Below, piece by piece: positions 23,027-35,300 of a stretch of DNA of 64,000 nucleotides. The notes beneath the pieces were generated by a model that worked only from the letters and a program-made list of their open reading frames with translations, was not told the DNA's origin and searched no databases. A program made the translations under genes and the position numbers. The DNA lies in contig OX597825.1 of the NCBI GenBank assembly GCA_951406725.2, forward strand, positions 60,822,001 to 60,886,000, in the 5' to 3' direction. The stretch is from Octopus vulgaris (taxonomy: Eukaryota). Positions within the stretch are counted from its first letter, which is position 1; every line of letters starts with the position of its first letter.

Positions 23027-24045
23027 CACCGGGGAGCATAAATTTAGTCGAGTTAGAATTGATACTGGATTTCGAATAACTTTTAGCCTCTGAATCCAAA
23101 AATAATCCTATTTTCTCTGTATCACGTCTACTTTTCGAACTACAAGATACTCTCACTTTGTCTCAAAAACAAAGAACAACATAAAATTGCCGAATCTAAC
23201 AACTTTGTGTATACAATATTTTTAAAATTTACAGACAATGGAAAATAATAAAACATTAATTGACTCCAAATTCTGTACAAATTTATTTTGTTCATAGAAG
23301 TATATTGTGTGAAAGTATTTTAGATAAAAAAATTTACGCTTATAGCAGTTCCTGAAGTATTCAATCTGTGGACAATTTCGCTTCATATTCAAACAATAGT
23401 CAACCATCATGTTTACATCTCATCGATCCTGATATTGTTCCTCTATGACCTTCAAATCTTGGTGGAATCATTCACCATGTTCATAGCCGGCGTCACCAAG
23501 ATTTTCCGGGATATTGCTAAGATGGTTATGCATAAAATACAACTTGATCCCAAAGTGTGGTACCTAAAACAACCACCTTCAGTTTGCAATGCTTTAACGA
23601 ATTGCTTCATAAGACCTATTTTAATGTGCAGAGGTGGTATTATAATATTTATTATGTCAGCAAGTGGCTCATGTACAATGTGGGGTTCACCAGGTTTGAA
23701 GTTAGATCTTGGAGGTCAATTATTCTAAAGCCAATGCTTCTCTACAGCTTTGCTGTCCCACATACAGAGAAGGTATATCCGTATAGTTGATCAAAAATTT
23801 CAACATAGATGATCCAGTTGTACTTGTGATATTTCAGCAACCCAATGACTCTCTGTCCCCCTATTTGTGAACAATATGGAGACATCAAGTCTTAAGCTTC
23901 AGACCCCAGGACAAAATGCCTTCACACTTCAAACCACCAGTTCACTCAATTTTAATCTTTACCAAAAAAAAAACATGCCAACGAGTGCAAACATGTGCTA
24001 GGCTGAATTAAGATATTCTAAAACAAAATGCATTTGAAGACAGAC
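23027..24045 (-). pseudogene. Chapaev3-like (CMC superfamily) DNA transposon relic
   Basis: Minus-strand translation gives IIIPPLHIKIGLMKQFVKALQTEGGCFRY (about 23560-23650) and GE*FHQDLKVIEEQYQDR*DVNMMVDYCLNMKR (about 23375-23478), hallmark Chapaev3-type transposase motifs. CAC-initiated terminus CACCGGGGAGCATA at 23027. Stops and deletions present. Confidence 0.78.
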
Positions 24046-26166
24046 ACAAGAACGAGTATCTGTAGAAACCTGGTATCGACCTCTCTCTTCTCCTGTGACT
24101 TCTTCAGTGATTTCATTAACGCCGAGTCCGCACCATCGTTAACGTTAACTGAAGTAACTTAACCACCAGCATTGATGTCGTCAATCAGGTGTATGCAATA
24201 ATTATGGATATATTTCTCTGGATGAAGTACCTGCGTTGGGTAGCGTAAATTTCCAGGGTGTAATATGACTGCACAATACCTTGCAGTATGGTGAATTCAT
24301 CGTTGGATACTCCTACAGAGGGGTAGGGGAAAAGAAGTTGGAGATATCTCTTGATGTCTCCACGTTCACCGTTACCAGTGGTCAAACTTCACCTCCAGAT
24401 GCGTGGGCTGGTAGCAGACCATTCACTAATCTATTCTTGCAATTCAGGATGTAAGTAAGATTGGCAAACAGGGTCAAATGATGAAATGACCGTGACACAG
24501 CGGCACCGAATACAAGGAAGAATGCCCATTGATTTGTTGCATCTGACACTAGAAGTCTCCAAGTAAATAACATTCCCCCTTAATATTCGTTTTCTAAGTC
24601 GAGCAATGATATAAAATACAGACATATACAAACCTACATATACACATATCCATACACATGTACAAACCTAGACACACGCACAAACATACATACACACACA
24701 CAGACATATATATAAGACAACAATTGTAGGGTTGTTGAAGCGCTAATCGTTTCAACTCTGTGACTTAAACTCTGCCAAGGTCAATAGTGCCATCTATCAG
24801 TTCATCATTTCGGTGCCCATAAATAACGAGCATATCTCTTATTGGGACCGCTTCTTCTCTTTTCTTCACTCTAGTTACGTCTGGCTTTCTAATATTTGAA
24901 GGAAATCAACTGAAGCAAGGCTCAAAGCAGGATGGCCAGCTCCACGGTGTCTAAAAATGCCCAAGACAGACCGGCATGTTAGCCCTCACTATGACTTCAT
25001 CATGATCCTATGTATACATGTATATGTATGTATCTTAGACTCTAAACCACTATCTTTTCTGCCTTATATTCTACAGTTCAAAGGGAAATAACTTTAATTC
25101 TCTCCTTTTGCTTCTTTCTGTTTTCTTTTTCGTTTTCAGTTTCAACTTTCCACCATTTATATCTACTTCATTCTCGCCTTTTCTCGATTTTTCTCTCATT
25201 CTTTCGTCCAATTTTTAGTTTGTTAGGCCATGTTGGCAATGCCTGAAGATTGTGCTGGGACACCAGATGTGTTACAGATTACTGCCGGCATGCTTTCATA
25301 ACATAAAGCTAATAGTAGCACATAAAAACATACAGTGTGCTCATTAAATAATATTTATATCTCACCCGATGCAATTCATTTTCGTTGATCTTACCATCAC
25401 ATAACAGCACGGTATATGTGAATGTAAAGTTATATATAGGTAGATACACAGGTGTATGCAAATACATGCGCGTGCTTCTAAAATCACGCAGTATCTGAGT
25501 GTTAGTGTTTGTACGTTTATACTTATATACGTACTTATGTACTCAAAATTTCTAAGTCATTTTGTAAAACAACAGTTCCTATATAATAATCAGATGCATT
25601 ATATCGCATCACTGACCTACTTCTGAGATCTCCAACGTATGACACGTTTGTAACAAATGAAGATAAAGTCTTTATGCTAATGAATTATTGCTATTTATCA
25701 TCTGAAATAAATCCCTCTGAAATATACTTTCGCTCACTTACTGGGGGTTCGTCTTTCACATTTTTGATTTGATATATTGTTACGAATGAAGTGTCTCATT
25801 ACTACCTCCCTTAAGATTTAGAGACATAGCTCTGTGTGTGTGTTTGTGTGTTTGTGTGTATGTATAAACATATAAGAAAAGTAGCTAGTTAGAAAATCTC
25901 AGCGGGATTAAAGTAGTAACTATACTGAAAGGTAATGTTTATCGTTACATCAATATGGCTACTTATTTTATCGAGCCCGAAAGAATGGAAAGCAAAGTCG
26001 ACTTCGACAGGATTTGAACACAGAACATATAAAAATGCTGCTAAGTATTTTGCCAGGCCTGCTAACGATTCTACCAGCTCGCTGTTGAAAATTCATCTGT
26101 TTTTCTCACGACAAATTAACGCGAAATATATGATATATATATATATATGATATATATATATATATA

Positions 26167-26245
<79 letters not shown>

Positions 26246-26251
26246 AGGAGA

Positions 26252-26360
26252 ACAGAGTTTTACATATCCAGGTTCAATTATACAGTTAATCACATCTTTC
26301 TTTGACAAAATAAAAAGGATGCGATTAACTGTATAAGAAAACCTAGATATGTAAATCTGT
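26252..26360. repeat. ~110-bp imperfect palindrome (hairpin or MITE-like)
   Basis: TTTACATATCCAGGTT..TTATACAGTTAATCACATCTTT / AAGGATGCGATTAACTGTATAA..AACCTAGATATGTAAA. Confidence 0.85.
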
Positions 26361-26494
26361 GTTTTAATTTTAATTAATCTATTATTTCGTGTCTACCGAC
26401 ATTTTGGAGTCGCGCGCGAGAGAGAGAGAGTTACAAACACCACAAAACAATTTAGCGCGTCACTGATATTTTTGAAGTTATAAACTCACACGTT

Positions 26495-26775
26495 TGGCTT
26501 AGTGGTTGGTTATTCCTGGCGGCGCGTTGAGTCCTTGAGCAAGACACTTTGTTTCACGTTGCTTCACTTCACTCACTCAGCAAAAATGAGTATTACCTGT
26601 ATTTCAAAGGCCCAGCCTTGTCACACTCGGTGTCGCGCTGAATCTCCATGAGACCTACGATAAGAGTACGCATGTCTGTGGAGTGCTCAGCCACTTGTAT
26701 TGTACGTTAATTTCACGAGCAAACTGTTCCATCGATCGGATCAACTGGAACCCGCGTCATCATAATCGACGAAAT
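26495..26775 (+). mobile_element. SINE family C, diverged
   Basis: Colinear with 19239-19558, with a deletion in the head. Confidence 0.82.
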
Positions 26776-27949
26776 ACTAACAAATTCTCACATCTATGTA
26801 CACACGAATATATCTACGAGCATTATTAATATTTCGTTATTTCATTAAACGAACTAACTGCCAAAGAGGCCTTATTTATGCAAATCAGTATTATGGTTTA
26901 ATAAATACATAACAATAACCACTACAGACACAATATCACCATGGACAGTTAGAAACGGTTACTTAGTTACTAATGAAATCTCATGTAAGTTTGATAAAAG
27001 TTAGGTTCTCCCTTCATCTCTTCATATTGATATTGTATGTTGTTAGATTTTAAGACTGTGCAGAGTTTTTAATTAAAATTAAGTTAATCACGCAGTGTTG
27101 GCTGGGATGTGAGGACGTATGCAAATGTGTATATAAATATTATGTGTCTGAGTGTGCATGTTTGTATGTATGTATGTATGTATGTATGTATACAAACAGA
27201 TGTAAGTATGTGTACTGTAGTATATTACAGAAACAAACATTTCTAGTTTCGTTAATTATCTAAGTATATATACATATACACACACACACATATATATATA
27301 TATACAATAATATGTGTATGGGTGTGCATGTGTGTATAAACATATACATATATATAAATATATATATATATAAATATATATATATATAAATATATATATA
27401 TATAAATATATATATATGTATATATGCATATATATATATGTATATATATATATACATATATATATATACATACATATATACATACATATATATATATACA
27501 TATATCTATACATACATACATATATACATACATACATACATATATATATACATATATATATATACATATATACACACACACATATACACGCACACACATG
27601 TATGTCTGTATGTATATGTATTGTCCATTTTCCTGTTGACTTCATCACGCTAGGCGTCTTTAATTAATATTTATCAAAGTATCGTAATGAATACACAATC
27701 TCTTCACCTTTGCTATCTGTATATCAGTAAAGAATCCACTCAGGATACATTAGCCTTCTAAAGTAAATCGTTATTGCAATATTGCTCTGCTCCAATATTT
27801 AACTGGTTTCTTAGACGAAAGCATATATATTTTTTCTTTTTTTTAATTTTAATTTTGGCGGTAATATGTCTGCATATATACGAAGTTATTGCTTACAGAC
27901 TCTATACCGTTGTTACTGTATAATGATAGTTCACCATCACTGACGCCAT

Positions 27950-27965
27950 CATCACATTCATCCCC

Positions 27966-28014
<49 letters not shown>

Positions 28015-28079
28015 TGAGGTCGTCGTCACCACCACTACCACCACCATGATCTTGATGATGATGGTGATGATGATGATGG

Positions 28080-28110
<31 letters not shown>

Positions 28111-28390
28111 CAACATCATCATCATCATCATCATCGAAATCATCGTCTTCGTCGTCGTTTTCGTCGTCTACGTCGTCGTCGTTCTCATCACCTTCATCCT
28201 ACTCCCCTATAATCATCTTTATTGTCATCGTCTTGGTCAGCACTCTTAACATCTTTGTCGTCATCGCCGTCGTCGTCGTTATCATCATCCATTAATATCG
28301 TCATTATAATCATCATTATCATCATCATCATTATCATCATCATCATCATTGTAACCATATTTATTATCGTTATCATCATCATCGTTGTCA
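27950..28390. repeat. (CAT)n/(GAT)n/(CGT)n trinucleotide tracts in alternating orientation
   Basis: (CAT)n 27967-28014, (GAT)n 28047-28110, (CAT)n 28114-28135. Confidence 0.93.
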
Positions 28391-28547
28391 ACGTCTTTTA
28401 CTTCCAGCTTCCCCCATTCCTCATCCATCTCCTCCTCCACATCCTCATCCTCAAAATTTTCATCGCCGTCATTATTAGGGTAATCGGTTATTCAATTCTA
28501 GACTATTCCTAGATTAGTATGTATACTAATTAGTATATATACTCCTA

Positions 28548-28712
28548 GGCGTAGGAGTGGCTGTGTGGTAAATAGCTTGCTTACCAACCACATGGTTCCG
28601 GGCTCAGTCCCACTGCTTGGCATATTGGGGAAGTGTCTTCTACTATGGCCTCGGGCCTACCAAAGCCTTGTGAGTGGATTTGGTAGACGGAAACTGAAAG
28701 AAGCCCGTCGTA
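28548..28712 (+). mobile_element. SINE family A, 5' half
   Basis: GGCGTAGGAGTGGCTGTGTGGTAA...GAAAGAAGCCCGTCG. Confidence 0.9.
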
Positions 28713-28734
28713 TATATATATATATATATACTCT

Positions 28735-28933
28735 ATTTACTTGTTTCAGTTATTTAACTGCGGCCATGCTGGAGCACCGCCTTTAGTCGAGCAAATCGAC
28801 CCCGGGACTTATTCTTTGTAAGCCCAGTACTTATTCTATCGGTTTCTTTTGCCGAACCGCTAAGTGACGGGGACGTAAACACACCAGCATCGGTTGTCAA
28901 GCAATGCTAGGGGGGACAAACACAGACACACAA

Positions 28934-29006
<73 letters not shown>

Positions 29007-29171
29007 CACGACAGGCTTCCTTCAGTTTCCGTCTACCAAATCCACTCACAAGGCATTGGTCGGCCCGGGGCTATAGCAGAAGACACTTGCCCAAGATGCC
29101 ACGCAGTGGGACTGAACCCGGAACCATGTGGCTGGTTAGCAAGCTACTTACCACACAGCCACTCCTGCGCC
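28735..29171 (-). mobile_element. SINE family A, full length
   Basis: Reverse complement of the family consensus, inverted relative to 28548-28712. Confidence 0.92.
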
Positions 29172-29273
29172 TATCTATTTATATATACATACATACATAC
29201 ATACATACATACATACATTCATACATACATGCATGCATACATACATACATACATACATACATACATACATACA

Positions 29274-29305
<32 letters not shown>

Positions 29306-29774
29306 CAAACACACGTACAGCAGCATACACAGAAACGACCGAATACATTTACATAAATACAAAAACACATGTACATACACGATCACGTGCTCTAAATCAC
29401 ATGCATAATAAAAACAAGACAATATGTATGCGCTTATGGTTTGAATAATTTAAATGATTTGAATGTAATACAGATGATATAACAGACAAGTTGTTTTAAT
29501 AACTTTGAATAAAAAGAAATATGCACGGCGTGCGACTGTACTTTTGTAGTTAGATGCGTGTGTAAAAGCTATGCTTAAAATATGTATCAGCCTTGTGTGA
29601 AACGTAAGATAGTTAAATAGTAGAGAGAGATGTGAGATGTCTTATGAATACGGGACGAAAGGCATAACCTCCGCCTGAAAATATGATTTTTACCGAGATA
29701 TTAAATCAAGGCCTTTCTTTTTAACAAACATTTTTGAAGGTTCCCTTTATCTTTAATCACGAAAACAGTTTCTT

Positions 29775-30005
29775 TAATACCTATTTCTTTACTACCCACA
29801 AGGGGGTAAACATAGAGGGGACAAACAAGTACAGACAAACGGATTAAGTCGATTATATCGACCCCAGTGCGTAACTGGTACTTACTTTATCGACCCCGAA
29901 AGGATGAAAGGCAAAGTCGACCTCGGTGGAATTTGAACTCAGAACGTAACGACAGACAAAATACCGCTAAGCATTTCGCCCGGCGTGCTAACGTTTCTGC
30001 CAGCT
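29775..30005 (-). mobile_element. SINE family B
   Basis: Family consensus match. Confidence 0.88.
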
Positions 30006-30231
30006 AATACCTGTCAACTCCCATTAAAACTATCGATGGTTATGTTCAGGTGTGTATTGTAGCTAGCTTTGATCAGAATGATCAAATATAGTAATGTTAA
30101 CCGCAAGCGAATTATACTTTTATCAAAGCTGCTCTCAGTTCAAATCCGGAGAATGATCTGCTATAAGAATTTCCTCGCAACGTGTTTGTTTTATGGCAAC
30201 GAATGAAATCAAGAAACGTATGTGTATATGC

Positions 30232-30271
<40 letters not shown>

Positions 30272-30567
30272 TGGGTGCAGGTGGGGTGGGGTGTATGTCT
30301 GTTCACGTTTCCGATGTATGCAACAAAATCATGTAACAATAATCATAAATTTAAGTTTGACTCAACGAAACATGAGAAAATAACATGAAATTCTTTAATT
30401 CAATTCATAAATAGTTGAAAATTTTAGAAAAGGTTTAGTGGCTATAAAAATATGTGTATACATAAATATACATATATATATAAATATACACACACATACA
30501 TTTATATATATACATATATATATGTATATATATGCACACATCAGTAAGTAATGGATATTTCAATACC

Positions 30568-30810
30568 TATTTCTTTACTACCAACAAGGGGCTAAACAAA
30601 GAGGGGACAAACTAGGACAGACAAACGGATTACCTAAGTCGATTATATCGACTCCAGTGCGTAACTGGTACTTAATTAATCGACCCCGAAAGGATGAAAG
30701 GCAAAGTCGACCTCGGCGGAATTTGAACTCAGAACGTAACGGCAGAAGAAATACCGCTCAGCATTTCGCCCGGCCTGCTAACCTTTCTGCTAGCCCGCCG
30801 CCTTTATTCA
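30568..30810 (-). mobile_element. SINE family B with TSD
   Basis: Flanked by ATATTTCAATACC at about 30555-30567 and 30811-30823. Confidence 0.88.
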
Positions 30811-31059
30811 ATATTTCAATACCAGTTGATTTCACACTGTGATGTGACCAACCAACTCTGGGATCATCAACTGTAATTAACATTTTAACCTCTGCTTCTT
30901 GAGCATTCAGTACGTTAGTTCTTGTGTATCATTATTGTGAGTTTATGGTAATTTTGGAGCCTTGGTTCAGATTTTAGCAAGTCGTATTATATACCCTACT
31001 GATTCTATATTTTACACACAAACACACACACGCACACACACACACACACACACACATAT

Positions 31060-31472
31060 ATTTCTTTACTACCCACAAGGGGCTAAACATAGAGAGGATA
31101 AACAAGGACAGACAAATAGATTAAGTCGATTACATCGACCCCAGTCCGAAACTGGTACTTTATCTATCGACCCCGAAAGGATGAAAGGCAAAGTCAACCT
31201 CGGCGGAATTTGAACTCAGAACGTAGCGACAGACGAAATACCTATTTCTTTATTACCCACAAGGGGCTAAACACAGAGCGGACAAACAAGGACAGACATA
31301 GGTATTAAGTCAATTACATCGACCCCAGTGCGTAACTGGTACTTGATTTATCGACCCCGAAAGGATGAAAGGCAAAGTCGACTCCGGCGGAATTTGAACT
31401 CACAACGTAACACAGACGAAATACCGCTGAGCATTTCGCCCGGCGCGCTAACGTTTCTGCCAGCTCGCCGCC
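31060..31472 (-). mobile_element. SINE family B, two tandem units
   Basis: Two ~185-bp units plus a single head. Confidence 0.9.
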
Positions 31473-31652
31473 TATATATATACACACACACACATATATA
31501 TATATATATACATATACATACACATATATATATATATACATATAAGTATACATATATACATACACATACATAGATATACATATACATTCATATACATGTA
31601 TATATATATACATATGTGTACATATATAGAAATATATATACATATATACATA

Positions 31653-32065
31653 GGTGCAGGAGTGGCTGTGTGGTAAGTAGCTTGCTAACCAACCAAATGG
31701 TTCCGGGTTCAGTCCCACTGCATGGCATCTTGGGCAAGTGTCTTCTGCTATAGCCCCGGGCCGACCAATGCCTTGTGAGTGGATTTGGTAGATGGAAACT
31801 GAAAGAAGCCTGTCGTATATATGTATATATATATATGTATGTGTGTTTGTGTGTCTGTGTTTGTCCCCCTAGCATTGCTTGACAACCAATGCTGGTGTGT
31901 TTATGTCCCCGTTACTTAGCGGTTCGGCAAGAGAGACCGATAGAATAAGTACTGGGCTTACAAAAAGAATAAGTCCCGGGGTTGAGTTGCTCGACTAAAA
32001 GGCGGTGCTCCAGCATCGCCGCAGTCAAATGACTGAAACAAGTAAAAGAGTAAAAGAGAATAAAA
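31653..32065 (+). mobile_element. SINE family A, full length
   Basis: tRNA-like head, internal (TA)/(TG) tract, 3' body and AGTAAAAGAGTAAAAG tail. Confidence 0.92.
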
Positions 32066-32351
32066 GAGAGATATATATGTACATGTATATATACAGATAT
32101 GCATATACACACACACATATATATATATATAGATGTGTATATATACATATTTATTTCTAATGAATACACGCGCTGGCCAATGAGAGATCCTGTACGTGGC
32201 TAATTGCTTTGCTAGAAATTCCAGCGCAGTTATCCTCTGATCATATCCCACCATCTTAAAGAAGAATATATTTGATAATATATGTTAGGTTCCTATATCT
32301 CATTGCAGAACAATGAGATGATTCTCATTGCAGAACAATGAGATGATAACA

Positions 32352-35300
32352 ATATACTCATCTAGAATTAGATACCACGTATACTCATCAATAATTTGAT
32401 ACCACGTATACCCATCTACATTCTGCTACCAAGTATATACGTCTAAAATCTCATACCAACTATACTCTTCTATAATCTGATAACAACCATACTCATCTAC
32501 AATCTGATACCAGGTATACTCATCTAGAATTAGATACCACGTATACTCATCAAAAATTTGATACCATGTATACTCATCAACATTCTGATAGCAAGTATAC
32601 ACATCTACAAACTTATACCAACTATAATCATCTATAATCTGATACCAAGTATACTCATCTACAATTTGATATCAAGTCTACTCATCTAGAGTAAGATACC
32701 ACGTACTCTCATCAATAATTTGATACCATGTATATATACCCATCTGCATTCTGATGCCAAGTATACTCATCTACAATCCGATACCAGGTATACTCATCTA
32801 GAATTAGATACCACGTATACCCATCAATAATTTGATACCATATATACTCATCTACATTCTGATAACAAGTATACTCGTCTAAAATCTCATACCAACTATA
32901 CTCATCTATAATCTGATAACAACTATACTCATCTACAATCTGATACCAGGTAAACTCATCTAGAATTAGATACCACGTATACTCATCAATAATTTGATAA
33001 CATGTATACTCATCTACATTCTGATACCAAGTATACTCTTCTACAATCTCATGCCAACTGTACTCATTTATAATCTGATACCAAGTATACTTATCAACAA
33101 TATGTTACCAAGTATACTCGTGTAGAATTAGATACCACGTATACTCATCAATAATTTGATACCATGTACACTCATCTACATTCTGATACCAAGTAAACTC
33201 GATACCATGTATACTCATCTACATTTTGATCCCAAGTATACTCGTCTAAAATCTCATTCCAACTATACTAATCTATAATCTGATACCAAGTATACTCATC
33301 TACAATCTGATACCAAGTATACTCATCTAGAATTAGATACCACGTATACTCATCAATACTTTGATACCATGTATACTCATCTACATTCTGATACCTCCTA
33401 TACTCATCTATAATCTGATACCAAGTATACTCATCTACAATCTAATACCAATTATATTCATCTAGAATTAGATACCACGTATACTCATCAAAAATTTAAT
33501 ACCATGTATACTCATCTACATTATGATAGCAAGTATACACATCTACAATCTTATACCAACTATACTTATCTATGATCTGATACCAAGTATACTCATCTAC
33601 AATCTGATACCAAGTATATTCATCTAGAATTAAATACCACGTATAATCATCAATAATTTGATACCATGTATACTCATCTACATTCTGATGCCAAATATAC
33701 TCATCTCTAATCTGATACCAACTATACTCATCTACAATCTGATACCAGGTATACTCATCTAGAATTAGATACAACGTATACTCATCAATAATTTGATAAC
33801 ATGTATACTCATCTACATTGTGATACCAAGTATACTCTTCTACAATCTCATACCAACTATACTCATCTATAATCTGTTACCAAGTATACTTATCTACAGT
33901 ATGTTACCAAGTATACTCGTGTAGAATTAGATACCACGTATACTCATCAATAATTTGATACAATGTATACTCATCTACATTCTGATACCAAGTATACTCG
34001 ACACCATGTATACTCATCTACATTCTGATACCAAGTATACTCATCTACAATCTGATAACATCTATACTCATCTATAATCTGATACCAAGCATACTCATCT
34101 ACAATCTGATGCCAAGTATACTCATCTAGTATTAGATACCACGTATACTCATCAATAATTTGATACCACGTATACTCATCAATACTTTGATACCATGTAT
34201 ACTCATCTACATTCTGATACCAAGTATACTCGTCTACAATCTCATACCAACTATAATCATCTATAATCTGATACCAAGTATACTCATCTAAAATCTCATA
34301 CCAAGTATACTCATCTACAATTAGATACCACGTATACTCATCAATAATTTGATACCATGTATACTCATCTACCTTCTGATACCTCCTATACTCATCTATA
34401 ATCTGATACCAAGTATACTCATCTACAATCTAATACCAATTATATTAATCTAGAATTAGATACCACGTATAATCATCAAACATTTAATACCATGTATACT
34501 CATCTACATTCTGATAGCAAGTATACACATCTACAATCTTATACCAACTATACTTATCTATGATCTGATACCAAGTATACTCATCTACAATTTGATATCA
34601 AGTATACTCATCTAGAATTAGATACCACGTACTCTCATCAATAATTTGATACCATGTATACTCATCTACATTCTGATGCCAAATATACTCATCTCTAATC
34701 TGATACCAACTATACTCATCTACAATCTGATACCAGGTATACTCATCTAGAATTAGATACAACGTATACTCATCAATAATTTGATAACATGTATACTCAT
34801 CTACATTGTGATACCAAGTATACTCTTCTACAATCTCATACCAACTATACTCATTTATAATCTGTTACCAAGTATACTTATCTACAGTATGTTACCAAGT
34901 ATACTCGTGTAGAATTAGATACCACGTATACTCATCAATAATTTGATACAATGTATACTCATCTACATTCTGATACCAAGTATACTCGATACCATGTATA
35001 CTCATCTACATTCTGATACCAAGTATACTCATCTACAATCTGAAAACATCTATACTCATCTATAATCTGATACCAAGCATACTCATCTACAATCTGATGC
35101 CAAGTATACTCATCTAGTATTAGATACCACGTATACTCATCAATAATTTGATACCATGTATACTCATCTACATTCTGATACCAAGTATACTCGTCTACAA
35201 TCTCATACTAACTATAATCATCTATAATCTGATACCAAGTATACTCATCTACAATCTCATACCAAGTATACTCATCTACAATTAGATACCACGTATACTC

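Noticed and set aside
24050-24600. Possible LINE endonuclease relic (SFDPV...NISIIIAY on the minus strand)
   Set aside because: The resemblance is weak and the spacing wrong; it needs BLASTx to be supported.
25235-25305. Hammerhead-like CTGAAGA followed by a GTGCTGG/CCGGCAT stem
   Set aside because: No GAAA follows the stem and no convincing stem I; at most a dead remnant.
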